Part shown: one piece after another, positions 18,990-28,283 of the stretch
Layout: every line of letters begins with the position of its first letter
Numbering within the stretch: position 1 is the first letter of the stretch
Source of the DNA: Alistipes sp.
GTDB taxonomy: Bacteria; Bacteroidota; Bacteroidia; Bacteroidales; Rikenellaceae
Direction: 5' to 3'
Assembly (NCBI GenBank): GCA_017647025.1
Contig: JAGCLL010000043.1
Span: forward strand, 1,598 to 65,597
DNA: 64,000 nucleotides
Notes under the pieces: generated by a model
Seen by the model: only the letters and a program-made list of their open reading frames with translations
What the model was told of the DNA's origin: nothing
Databases searched by the model: none
Program-made: the position numbers and the translations under genes

Positions 18990-20426
18990 ATGACACCTGA
19001 ACAGCAGAAAAAATTTAAGTATTGGCAGTGGCGTACCCTTATCGGTACAATGATTGGCTACATCTTCTTTTACCTTATCCGCAAGAACTTCTCGTTTGCA
19101 ATGCCCGGCTTGACTGCCGAGTATGGCATCACCAAGGCGAGCCTCGGTATGATTCTCTCGTTGGGAGGATTTCTCTATGGTTTGTCAAAACTCTTCAACG
19201 GAATGTTGGCTGACCGAGTTAATGGTCGTTGGCATATGGTAATTGGCTTGATTGGTAGTACCATCACCGCTTTCGGAATTGGTTTTGGAACACTCATCAT
19301 CACCAAGATTACCGGTGTTGCAGAGGGCTCAGCAGCAGATTTCGTAAGTAAACTTATATTGCTTATCTCTGTATTCTACATCCTTAACCAACTCTTCCAG
19401 GGTTGCGGATTTCCTCCTTGCAGCCGTCTGATACCTCGTTGGGTACCTGCATCGGAGTTGGCTACCAAGATGTCTATCTGGAATACCTCACACTCAATTG
19501 GTGCTGGTTTGGCTTGCCTCTGTGGTATCTTCATTATGGGCAATATGGGTGTGGATATGTCGGGCAACCCAGAGATAGTAGCAAATATCACCGCTAACCT
19601 CGGAAATAAGGCCACACCAGAGGCTGTTCTCTCTGCTGCACAGAACTATGGTGCTTGGAAGATGATGTTCATCATTCCTGGTATTGTTGCCGCTATCGGA
19701 GTTGTTCTTACCGCAGTAATCCTTCGTGATACTCCAAAGAGCGTTGGTCTGCCAGAGTTGTCGGAGGGCAACAAGAAGGAGGAGAGCACCGAGACATCGG
19801 CGGAGATTTCGGCATTTATCCGCAAGCACGTATGGAAAAACCCTGTTATTTGGGCATTGGCAGTTGCCGACTTCTTCGTATATGTAATCCGTTTTGCTGT
19901 ACTCGATTGGGGACCTACATTCTTGCGTGAACACTGTGGTATGACACCAGAGTGGGCAGGTGTTACAGTCTTCGTATTCGAGATATTTGGAGTTATAGGT
20001 ATGCTTATCGCAGGCTGGGCAAGCGACAAGTTGTTTAATGGTCGTGCTGCTCGTACTTGCCTTATCTGTATGCTTGGTACTTTGGTTTCGGTTCTCGGAT
20101 TTATCGCATTGCAGAAGAGTGGCGCAAGCCCTGTGGTATTGCTCTTCGTTTTGGCTTTGGCTGGCGCATTCATCTATGGCCCTCAGGCTCTTATCGGTGT
20201 TATCTCGTCTAACCACGCTACTCGCAAAGGCTCGGCTACCGCACTTGGCATTATCGGCTTTGTAAGTTATGTCAGCGTACTCGTATCGGGTTGGGGCTTC
20301 GGTCTTATCGCCGACTCGAAGTATGGCTGGAACGGCGTATTCGTAGCAATGGTGGTGATGGCTATCATTGGCGCACTCATCTTCGTTCCAATGTGGAAGA
20401 TGAAGCGCGACTCATACGGAGAGTAG
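18990..20426 (+). CDS. MFS transporter, organophosphate:Pi antiporter family (GlpT/UhpC-like)
   Basis: GYIFFYLIRKNFS, WNTSHSIGA, RDTPKSVGLP, FVYVIRFAVLDWGP, IYGPQ. Confidence 0.88.
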   Translation: MTPEQQKKFKYWQWRTLIGTMIGYIFFYLIRKNFSFAMPGLTAEYGITKASLGMILSLGGFLYGLSKLFNGMLADRVNGRWHMVIGLIGSTITAFGIGFGTLIITKITGVAEGSAADFVSKLILLISVFYILNQLFQGCGFPPCSRLIPRWVPASELATKMSIWNTSHSIGAGLACLCGIFIMGNMGVDMSGNPEIVANITANLGNKATPEAVLSAAQNYGAWKMMFIIPGIVAAIGVVLTAVILRDTPKSVGLPELSEGNKKEESTETSAEISAFIRKHVWKNPVIWALAVADFFVYVIRFAVLDWGPTFLREHCGMTPEWAGVTVFVFEIFGVIGMLIAGWASDKLFNGRAARTCLICMLGTLVSVLGFIALQKSGASPVVLLFVLALAGAFIYGPQALIGVISSNHATRKGSATALGIIGFVSYVSVLVSGWGFGLIADSKYGWNGVFVAMVVMAIIGALIFVPMWKMKRDSYGE

Positions 20427-20480
20427 TTAGGAGTTAGGAGTTGAAAATAATTCTCAATCCTCAATTCTCAATCCTCAATT
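20425..20480. repeat. Short heptamer tandem repeats
   Basis: (AGTTAGG)x2 then AATTCTC/AATCCTC x4. Confidence 0.7.
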
Positions 20481-20497
20481 AAAAAAGCCAAAGGCCA

Positions 20498-21670
20498 ATG
20501 AGAGTAGTAGTTGGACTATCGGGAGGAGTTGACAGTTCGGTGGCTGCGTACTTGCTCAAAGAGCAGGGACACGAGGTCATCGGCCTGTTTATGCGCAACT
20601 GGCACGACACTACGGGCAAACTCGAAGGAGAGTGCTCGTGGCACGACGACCAGGTCTTTGCAGAACTGGTTGCCAAACGACTTGATATTGCCTTCCACTA
20701 TGTCGATTTGTCGGAGGAGTACCGCAAGCGTGTAGTAGACTATATGTTCTCGGAGTATGAACAAGGTCGTACCCCGAATCCCGATGTTCTCTGCAACCGA
20801 GAGATAAAGTTCGATGTCTTTTTGAAGGAGGCACTCAAACTTGGCGCTGAGGCTGTGGCTACGGGACACTATTGCCGCAAAGAGGAGCGCATCGAGAATG
20901 GCGAAACAGTCTATTCGTTGTTGGCAGGTAGCGACCCCAATAAAGACCAGAGTTACTTCCTATGTCAACTCTCGCAGGAGCAACTCAAATATGCGATGTT
21001 CCCAATAGGTCATCTCCTAAAACCTGAGGTGCGCCGTATTGCCGAGGAGCAGAAGTTGGCAACAGCCAAGCGCAAGGATTCGCAGGGAATATGCTTTGTG
21101 GGCAAGGTTGATTTGCCGGTATTCCTACAACAGCAACTCGCCGCCAAGAAGGGAAATATACACGAGATACTCCCATCGTGGCGCAGATATGCCGAGCGTG
21201 CGGAGCAGACTGCCTTGGAGCAACTTGCTGAGCCATATCGCTACACGGTGCGTGACGGCAAGAAGATTGGCGAACATAACGGAGCACACTTCTACACCAT
21301 AGGTCAGCGCAAAGGCTTGGGCATTGGAGGTCGTAAGGAGTCTTTATTTATAATAGGTACTGATGTTTCGACCAATACAATCTATGTTGGCGAGGGCGAT
21401 AGCCATCCAGGACTCTATCGCAAGGCTCTGCGCATCAACAACACAGAGGTACATTGGGTAGAGCCGTGCGAGGCTATTAAAGTAGGCGAGGAGCGACGCT
21501 TAAAGGTGCGCATCCGCTACCGACAACCTCTCGAAGATGCCACACTCATTCAGCACGAAGATGCACTCTACATACTCTTTGACCAACCTCAACGAGGTAT
21601 TGCAGGTGGTCAGTTTGCGGCGTGGTACGAGGGAGATAGACTCATTGGTTCTGGTGTAATAAAGGAGTAA
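20498..21670 (+). CDS. mnmA: tRNA 2-thiouridine(34) synthase
   Basis: [48 protein letters not shown]. Confidence 0.97.
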   Translation: MRVVVGLSGGVDSSVAAYLLKEQGHEVIGLFMRNWHDTTGKLEGECSWHDDQVFAELVAKRLDIAFHYVDLSEEYRKRVVDYMFSEYEQGRTPNPDVLCNREIKFDVFLKEALKLGAEAVATGHYCRKEERIENGETVYSLLAGSDPNKDQSYFLCQLSQEQLKYAMFPIGHLLKPEVRRIAEEQKLATAKRKDSQGICFVGKVDLPVFLQQQLAAKKGNIHEILPSWRRYAERAEQTALEQLAEPYRYTVRDGKKIGEHNGAHFYTIGQRKGLGIGGRKESLFIIGTDVSTNTIYVGEGDSHPGLYRKALRINNTEVHWVEPCEAIKVGEERRLKVRIRYRQPLEDATLIQHEDALYILFDQPQRGIAGGQFAAWYEGDRLIGSGVIKE

Positions 21671-21688
21671 TCTCAAAAAAATTATACA

Positions 21689-22765
21689 ATGCAACGAATT
21701 TTACCGGTTCTCATACTGATTATAGCAATATGTAACACGGGCTGGGCGCAAAATTTGAGATGGATTGATGCCACCGAGTTGGGCATTCACGGTTACGCTC
21801 AAAAGAGCGACAAGAGCCCTTACTACCGCTACGACCACACCCCATACACAGGATTAAACAAGACCGTAGTAAGCCACTCGAAAAAGTGTACTGGTCTATA
21901 TCTATCGTTTAAGACCACATCAACACAAATATCGGCAACTTGGGAGAATGTTCCAAGTCGTATGGGGGACAATATGGCCGGTATTGCGCAGAAGGGACTC
22001 GACCTCTACATAAATGTTGATGGCGAGTGGAAATTTGCCGCAGTAGGTCGTGTATCGACTCTCCCGGAGAAGAGCAGACGCACAAAACCTCTCATTCAAA
22101 ATATGCCAGAGGGCGAGAAGGAGTTTCTACTCTACCTCCCTGTATGGTGCGAACTGTTGGAGTTAAAACTCGGCATCGACAGCAACGCTACAATCGAAGG
22201 ATTGCCTTCTCCATTCAGACACAAGGTAATTGTTCACGGTTCAAGCATCACCCACGGTGCTGCTGCTTCTCGTGCAGGATTAACCTACCCTGCACAACTA
22301 TCGCGCAACCTCGGTATCGACTTCGTAAACTTTGGTTTCAGTGGAGAGTGTAGAATGCAACCTCAATTCCTCGAATTTTTGAAGAGTTGCGAGGCTGACG
22401 CATTCCTATTCGATGCCTTCTCAAATCCCAGCGCCGAGGAGATTGCAGAGCGCCTGAATGGTTTTGTCGAGGGGTTGGTAAAAGCACACCCCGGCAAACC
22501 TCTTATCTTTTTGCAATCACCTATCAACCAAACGCTGGATACAAAGATGCAGAGCGAATGGAACGCACGCATCGAGATATCACGCAATATGATGAAGGCT
22601 CTAACCAAGAGGTACAAAGATGTCTACTATCTCGAAGTTATGAATGTAGTAGGCGAAAATGGAATGGTTGATGGCACCCACCCTACCGACCTCGGTTTCC
22701 ACCGCTTGGTAGATGCCTACCAACCCAAAATTGCCAAAATTTTGAAGCGATACGACATAAAATAG
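21689..22765 (+). CDS. Secreted SGNH/GDSL hydrolase
   Basis: Signal peptide; GLDLY; GSSITHG; NFGFSG; DGTHP. Confidence 0.85.
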   Translation: MQRILPVLILIIAICNTGWAQNLRWIDATELGIHGYAQKSDKSPYYRYDHTPYTGLNKTVVSHSKKCTGLYLSFKTTSTQISATWENVPSRMGDNMAGIAQKGLDLYINVDGEWKFAAVGRVSTLPEKSRRTKPLIQNMPEGEKEFLLYLPVWCELLELKLGIDSNATIEGLPSPFRHKVIVHGSSITHGAAASRAGLTYPAQLSRNLGIDFVNFGFSGECRMQPQFLEFLKSCEADAFLFDAFSNPSAEEIAERLNGFVEGLVKAHPGKPLIFLQSPINQTLDTKMQSEWNARIEISRNMMKALTKRYKDVYYLEVMNVVGENGMVDGTHPTDLGFHRLVDAYQPKIAKILKRYDIK

Positions 22766-22921
22766 GAGGAGAGTGTGGTAGCACGCTTTTAGGCATTGCA
22801 TTTTGCTCCTCAACGGAGAACCTTTATGTGATAAAAAGTTTTTCATTTCTCGTTATAATCGTTATCTTTGCGCCGCCTTTGAGTTAATCGAGGCATAGTT
22901 AGGTTTTAAGAATGAAGAAAT

Positions 22922-24574
22922 ATGGAATGGTTCGTTAATCTATTTACAAGCCACTCAATTGCAAGTGCGGTGATTATCCTCGCCTTGACAATTGCTATTG
23001 GTATGATGCTCAACCGCATTAAGTTCGGCTCGGTATCGCTTGGTGTAACCTGGGTGTTGTTTGCAGGTATTGTACTGTCGCATTTCGGGCTCACTATCGA
23101 CCACGAAATCTGCCACTTCATCAAGGAGTTTGGTCTGATTTTGTTTGTCTATTCGATTGGTATTCAGGTTGGTCCAAGTTTTATCTCATCACTGCGTGAT
23201 GGAGGAATCAAGTTGAATATGTTAGCGATGCTCATCATCTTCTTGGGCTGCGTAATCTGCTACGGAATACACATCGTAACAGGAGAGGATCTCACCACAA
23301 TGGTCGGTGTATTGTCGGGTGCGGTAACAAACACCCCTGGTTTGGGTGCTGCACAGAGCGTTGCTGGCGAGAAGGCTTCGACTATGGCTACTGCATACGC
23401 TGTGGCATATCCACTTGGAGTTGTGGGTATCATCCTCTCGATGTTGATTATCCGTGGTATATTCCGCATCAAAATAGACCGTGAGGCATCAAAAGCAGTT
23501 CGTTCAAACACTCCACGCACAGTGCGTATTGATGTTCGTGTAACAAATCACGCTGTATTTGGTAAGACAATCGACGAGATTAGTCGTATCACTCGTAGCC
23601 AGTTTGTTGTGGCTCGAATTTTCGACCACGAAAATCAGCAGCGCATCGCATCAGGACAGACCGAGTTGCAGGAGAATGACATCTTGCGTATCGTTGTAAG
23701 TAGCCAGGATGTTGAACTTGTACAATCACTCATTGGAGATGTTGTAAAGGAGGTTGATGCAGCCGAGTGGGGAAGTGCATCGTCGCACCTCGAAAAGCGT
23801 CGTATTGTAGTTACCAAGCCTGAACTCAACGGAAAACATATCGGAGATTTGCATATCCGTGAGAACTACAATGTAACAATTACCCGTGTAGTGCGTGCAG
23901 GTATCGAACTCGTTGCAACATACGAATTGCGCTTGCAGATGGGCGATGTTGTTGTGGTAGTAGGTCGTGCAAATGACCTCGACCAGGTTTCGACCATTCT
24001 CGGTAACTCTGTAAAGCGTCTTGACAGACCAAACCTTACACCTATCTTCATAGGTATGTTCCTCGGTGTATTGCTCGGCTCTATTCCAATTGCAATACCA
24101 GGTGTTCCGCAAGCCGTAAAACTCGGTTTGGCAGGTGGTCCACTCGTGGTGGCTATCCTCTTGGCAAAGTATGGCCCTAAATATAAACTCAACACCTTCA
24201 CCACCAACTCGGCAAATATGATGATTCGTGAGATTGGTATCTCGCTCTTCCTCGCTGCGGTAGGTTTGGGTGCAGGTGAGGGCTTCGTAGAGGCAATTGC
24301 TAACGGTGGTTATTGGTGGGTACTCTTCGGAGTAGCAATCACAATGTTGCCACTGCTTATCGTGGGCATTATCGCTCGCAAGGCGATGAAGATGGACTAC
24401 TTCTCGTTGATGGGCTTGATGTCGGGAGCGATGACCGATCCCCCAGCATTGGCCTACGCAAATACTGTGGCTACCAACGACCGTGCTGCCGTAGCCTACG
24501 CAACAGTCTACCCATTGACTATGTTCTTGCGTATATTTACGGCTCAGATTCTGGCATTGATAGCCCTATCGTAG
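22922..24574 (+). CDS. AspT/YidE/YbjL family transporter with two TrkA-C domains
   Basis: GLILFVYSIG.QVGP, GAVTNTPGLGAA, YAVAYP, GAMTDPPAL, YATVYP. Confidence 0.88.
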   Translation: MEWFVNLFTSHSIASAVIILALTIAIGMMLNRIKFGSVSLGVTWVLFAGIVLSHFGLTIDHEICHFIKEFGLILFVYSIGIQVGPSFISSLRDGGIKLNMLAMLIIFLGCVICYGIHIVTGEDLTTMVGVLSGAVTNTPGLGAAQSVAGEKASTMATAYAVAYPLGVVGIILSMLIIRGIFRIKIDREASKAVRSNTPRTVRIDVRVTNHAVFGKTIDEISRITRSQFVVARIFDHENQQRIASGQTELQENDILRIVVSSQDVELVQSLIGDVVKEVDAAEWGSASSHLEKRRIVVTKPELNGKHIGDLHIRENYNVTITRVVRAGIELVATYELRLQMGDVVVVVGRANDLDQVSTILGNSVKRLDRPNLTPIFIGMFLGVLLGSIPIAIPGVPQAVKLGLAGGPLVVAILLAKYGPKYKLNTFTTNSANMMIREIGISLFLAAVGLGAGEGFVEAIANGGYWWVLFGVAITMLPLLIVGIIARKAMKMDYFSLMGLMSGAMTDPPALAYANTVATNDRAAVAYATVYPLTMFLRIFTAQILALIALS

Positions 24575-24616
24575 TGAAGGTGTAGGAGTTACACCACGAA
24601 AATTGGAGAGTCAATT

Positions 24617-24647
24617 TTTGCATTTTCTAATTTTTTCACTACCTTTG
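24617..24647 (+). promoter_or_regulatory. Bacteroidota promoter of rplY-pth
   Basis: TTTG (24617-24620), 19-nt spacer, TACCTTTG (24640-24647). Confidence 0.8.
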
Positions 24648-24742
24648 CGACCGAAATGTAAAAAATGCAAGCGGTTATGGGGCGTTTATTACTGATAAAT
24701 GCTGAGTGCCGCCCAAGGTAACATATTAAAAATTAAACAATT

Positions 24743-25324
24743 ATGAAGCATTTAACTTTGAAGGCTGAACTCCGTTCGGAGTTCGGTAAGAAGGCAGCTA
24801 AGGCTGCACGCCGTGAGGGTATGGTTCCTTGTAACCTCTATGGCGCAGGCGAGAATGTAACTTTCGTTGTAAACGAGAAGGAACTCCGTGCATTGATCTA
24901 CACTCCAAGTTCGTTCATCGTAGAGTTGGATTTCAATGGCAAGGTAGAGAAGGCTGTTGTTCGTGAGACACAGTTCCACCCAATCCGTGAGCAGGTGCTC
25001 CATGTTGACTTCTATCGTGTAATCGATGGTCAGCCAGTAGCAATCGCTCTTCCAGTTCGCCTCACAGGTAACGCTGAGGGTGTTAAGATCGGTGGTAAGT
25101 TGGCTCTCTCGGCTCGTAAGTTGGTTGTTCGTGGTTTGATGGAGAACCTTCCAGACGAGTTGGTTGTTGATGTAACTCCATTGAAGGTTGGTCAGACTAT
25201 CTTCGTAGGCGACCTCGCATTCGATGGCTTGCAGTTCCTTTCACCAGCAACTCAGGCAGTTTGCGCAGTTCGTGTAACTCGTGCATCTCGTGGTGCTGCT
25301 GCTGAGGCTCAGGGCAAGCGATAG
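24743..25324 (+). CDS. rplY: 50S ribosomal protein bL25/Ctc
   Basis: GKKAAKAARREG.VPCNLYG, QFHP...LHVDF, GNAEGVK.GG; adjacent to pth. Confidence 0.96.
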   Translation: MKHLTLKAELRSEFGKKAAKAARREGMVPCNLYGAGENVTFVVNEKELRALIYTPSSFIVELDFNGKVEKAVVRETQFHPIREQVLHVDFYRVIDGQPVAIALPVRLTGNAEGVKIGGKLALSARKLVVRGLMENLPDELVVDVTPLKVGQTIFVGDLAFDGLQFLSPATQAVCAVRVTRASRGAAAEAQGKR

Positions 25325-25346
25325 TCAATAAACGACTTCGAGTATT

Positions 25347-25910
25347 ATGAAATATCTTGTTGTAGGTTTGGGTAATATCGGCGCTGAGTATGCCGAGACT
25401 CGCCACAACATAGGTTTCAAGGTGTTGGATCGGCTCGCTGCCGAGACCAACACCTCTTTTATTTCAGGTCGCTACGGCTCGGTTGCCGAGTTCCGCCATC
25501 GTGGACATATTGTAACCCTGCTGAAACCCTCAACCTATATGAATTTGTCGGGCAAAGCGGTGCGTTATTGGCTCACAGAACTAAAAATAGATAAGGCGCA
25601 ATTGCTGGTTGTGGTCGACGATATTGCGTTGCCATTTGGCGAATTACGCATCCGCAAAAAGGGAAGTGCAGGAGGTCATAACGGACTTAAAAATATCACG
25701 GAACTACTTGGTGGTGAGGATTATGCCCGTATGCGTTTCGGCATTGGCGGCGACTTCTCACGAGGTCATCAAGTGGACTATGTTTTGGGTGAGTGGAGCG
25801 CCGAGGAGCAAGCAAAAATGGATGATAGATTGAAGGTTTTTAGCGATGCTATTCTATCCTACATATCGGTAGGACTCGACCGCACAATGAACGCCTTCAA
25901 CAAGAAGTAA
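25347..25910 (+). CDS. pth: Peptidyl-tRNA hydrolase
   Basis: VGLGNIG, TRHNIGF, KPSTYMNLSG, GGHNGLK. Confidence 0.97.
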   Translation: MKYLVVGLGNIGAEYAETRHNIGFKVLDRLAAETNTSFISGRYGSVAEFRHRGHIVTLLKPSTYMNLSGKAVRYWLTELKIDKAQLLVVVDDIALPFGELRIRKKGSAGGHNGLKNITELLGGEDYARMRFGIGGDFSRGHQVDYVLGEWSAEEQAKMDDRLKVFSDAILSYISVGLDRTMNAFNKK

Positions 25911-25938
25911 TGCCTGAAAAATAATTATAGCCAAAAAA

Positions 25939-25969
25939 TTTGCGAGTAATAAAATTTTAACTACCTTTG
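25939..25969 (+). promoter_or_regulatory. Bacteroidota promoter of tRNA-Val
   Basis: TTTG (25939-25942), 19-nt spacer, TACCTTTG (25962-25969). Confidence 0.8.
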
Positions 25970-25986
25970 CACTCGCAATCGCAAAA

Positions 25987-26061
25987 GGGAGTTTAGCTCA
26001 GCTGGTTTAGAGCATCTGCCTTACAAGCAGAGGGTCGGCGGTTCGAATCCGTCAACTCCCA
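25987..26061 (+). tRNA. tRNA-Val(TAC), CCA not encoded; probable prophage attachment site
   Basis: GGGAGTT/AACTCCC acceptor, GCTC/GAGC D-stem, TCTGC-CTTACAA-GCAGA anticodon arm, GGTTCGAATCC T-loop. Confidence 0.97.
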
Positions 26062-26070
26062 CACTAATTC

Positions 26071-26113
26071 AAAAGTCCGTAAATCAAGCATTTAGCTTGA
26101 ACGGACTTTTTTT
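26071..26113 (+). terminator. Terminator downstream of tRNA-Val
   Basis: AAAAGTCCGT ... ACGGACTTTT stem with inner TCAAGC/GCTTGA stem and T run. Confidence 0.75.
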
Positions 26114-26220
26114 GTTTGTCCGTGAATTTTGCCCGATACCCGATAAAAAGTTTCCCATAGTTTAACTTAATGCCACTTTTTTGCCCAAAATGAAGTGCAA
26201 ATAAAGTGAATAGTAAATTT

Positions 26221-27468
26221 ATGGCAACTACAAGCGTTTATTTGGACAAGAGGAGAATGAAAGTAGATGGCACTTTCCCTCTCCGCATCAAAGTAACTTT
26301 GAATGGTAGGCAGGGCTTTATGATTAACCTGCCAATATCACTCACAGCCGACCAATGGAATAATGGTAAGGTTGTGCGACACACATCAAAAGATATCTAC
26401 AACCGGCATATCCGAGAACAAGTACACAATGTCGAGAAAACTCTTCTCTCGATGCAGCAACAAAACATTCTCGGTAACTTCACACCTCCCGAGCTCAAAA
26501 AGATTGTCGAGAGGTTTGCTGGTATGGACTACGATCCTCAACGAAGAGCTGACCTCATAGAGTATTTTGACAAATTTATAAAACGCAAATCCAACCCATC
26601 TACACAGTGCATATACGAGCAGACTTTGCTCAACATTCGAGCGTTTGACAAACGAAAACTCTGCTTTGAAGATATAAATATAAATTGGTTGCGAGATTTT
26701 GAGGCTTATATGCTCAAAAAGGGGTTAAAGGTCAACACACTTTTCTTGCACTTTCGCAACATTCGAGCCGTGTTCAACTCCGCCATAGATGATGGTACCA
26801 TAGAGCAGAACTTATATCCATTCCGCCGTTTCAAACTCAAACACGAGGCAACCGAGAAACGAGCCCTTACATTGGACCAGGTACGCACAATCCGAGATTA
26901 CAAACTCGATGAGTGCGATGAGTACGGACAGCAGTACATAGATGTCTTTATGCTTATCTTTTACCTCATAGGCATAAACATTGGCGACTTACTACTGCTC
27001 AAACCTAACGACTACCAAGATGGCGTAATAAAGTACCGTAGGCGCAAGACAGGCAAACTCTACACGGTTAAGGTAGAGCCAGAGGCTGATGCATTGATTA
27101 GAAAGTATAGAGGTCGCAAATACCTCCTACGCTTTGTTGAGATACACGGAGATTATCACCTATTCTCTTCGAGTATGAACCATTTCTTGAAAAAGTTTGG
27201 ACCGATAACAAAGGGGTACAATGGAACCAAAATACGACACCCTCTATTCCCAACGCTTACAACCTATGCAGCTCGCCACTCGTGGGCAACAATAGCATAT
27301 AACGACCTCGAAATACCAAAGGACATAATCGCTCAGGCTCTCGGACACGGGCAAGGAACGGTTACCGATATCTACATAAAACCACAGCAGTATAAGGTTG
27401 ATAATGCCAACCGAATGTTGCTCGATGCATTGGTTGGCAAGAGTTTCGATGACGATACGCCTTGGTAA
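26221..27468 (+). CDS. Tyrosine recombinase (phage integrase)
   Basis: N-terminal arm-binding-like region, SAM-like FEDININWLRDFEAY, YRRRKT, ARHSWAT, ALGH, TDIY. Confidence 0.92.
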   Translation: MATTSVYLDKRRMKVDGTFPLRIKVTLNGRQGFMINLPISLTADQWNNGKVVRHTSKDIYNRHIREQVHNVEKTLLSMQQQNILGNFTPPELKKIVERFAGMDYDPQRRADLIEYFDKFIKRKSNPSTQCIYEQTLLNIRAFDKRKLCFEDININWLRDFEAYMLKKGLKVNTLFLHFRNIRAVFNSAIDDGTIEQNLYPFRRFKLKHEATEKRALTLDQVRTIRDYKLDECDEYGQQYIDVFMLIFYLIGINIGDLLLLKPNDYQDGVIKYRRRKTGKLYTVKVEPEADALIRKYRGRKYLLRFVEIHGDYHLFSSSMNHFLKKFGPITKGYNGTKIRHPLFPTLTTYAARHSWATIAYNDLEIPKDIIAQALGHGQGTVTDIYIKPQQYKVDNANRMLLDALVGKSFDDDTPW

Positions 27469-27476
27469 CGGCAATT

Positions 27477-27524
27477 ATCGGCAACAAAAGCGCCCCACCT
27501 TTGATAGTGGGGCGGCTTGCCGAT
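27477..27524. terminator. Hairpin between convergent integrase and hicB
   Basis: CGCCCCAC/GTGGGGCG inner stem, ATCGGCAA/TTGCCGAT outer stem. Confidence 0.7.
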
Positions 27525-27542
27525 TGTTTTGTGGTGTAATAA

Positions 27543-27947
27543 TTAAACAAACCTAACGGCGGTAATCTCGCTTGCAAATGCGTGCAAACCTCTCTCAATC
27601 TTCTCAGTGGTTTGCTTTGAAGGCTTGCTCGTTCCGTTGATGTAGTGACTCAACTGACGCTGATTAACACCTGTAATGCGCTCTAAACCTGCCAAAGTCA
27701 ATGCGTAAGCGAAGAATTGAAGAAACGATGCGACATCATAGTGGAAATCGAAATTTACCTCTGGAAATTCGTTTCCGTCTTCTGCAAAAATTCTCTTCAT
27801 ATCCTCGTAACCACCCATAAATGTTTTACGAGCCTCGGCAACCGTTTCACCGGTACCCGTTACAAGATACGGCAGAGAATTGTCGTCCATAAAGATGCTG
27901 TAATGACCATCTGCCGACCTTTCAATGATTGCTTTTACTGTTTTCAT
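27543..27947 (-). CDS. hicB: HicB family antitoxin with C-terminal HTH
   Basis: AIIERSADG.YS, GTGETVAEAR, GLERITGVNQRQLSHYING; downstream of hicA. Confidence 0.88.
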   Translation of the reverse strand: MKTVKAIIERSADGHYSIFMDDNSLPYLVTGTGETVAEARKTFMGGYEDMKRIFAEDGNEFPEVNFDFHYDVASFLQFFAYALTLAGLERITGVNQRQLSHYINGTSKPSKQTTEKIERGLHAFASEITAVRFV

Positions 27948-27992
27948 AGTTATATGTGTTGTGTTGTGAGTTTTTGCGGATTGGCAGGGCTA

Positions 27993-28181
27993 TTATTTAA
28001 GCCCTGCTGCCTCCAAAATGCTGTTTAATGTTCCTTTTGCAACTTCCTTGCCTCCGTGATGGCTAACGGGGAAGTATTTTCTTGTTTTAGGGCTATACCA
28101 CGCTGGGTGTCCACAAATTTCACGCCCCGTGTCGTAGCAACCTGCTTTTTTGAGTTTCCTCATTAGTTCGCTATATTTCAT
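27993..28181 (-). CDS. hicA: HicA family toxin
   Basis: 62 aa, MKYSELMRKLKKAG..., GH motif, VSHHGGKEVAKGTLNSILEAAG. Confidence 0.88.
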   Translation of the reverse strand: MKYSELMRKLKKAGCYDTGREICGHPAWYSPKTRKYFPVSHHGGKEVAKGTLNSILEAAGLK

Positions 28182-28204
28182 ATCTTTTATATTATTAACT
28201 GATG

Positions 28205-28280
28205 CAAAGGTAGTATTATTTTTAATACGATGCAAATAATTTACCAACTATTTTCCAAAAAGTAGTATTATTTTTAATAT
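28205..28280 (-). promoter_or_regulatory. hicAB promoter with two palindromic operators
   Basis: Minus-strand TACCTTTG (28205-28212) and TTTG (28233-28236), 20-nt spacer; GTATTA-TTTT-TAATAY at 28213-28228 and 28265-28280. Confidence 0.78.
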
Positions 28281-28283
28281 CGC

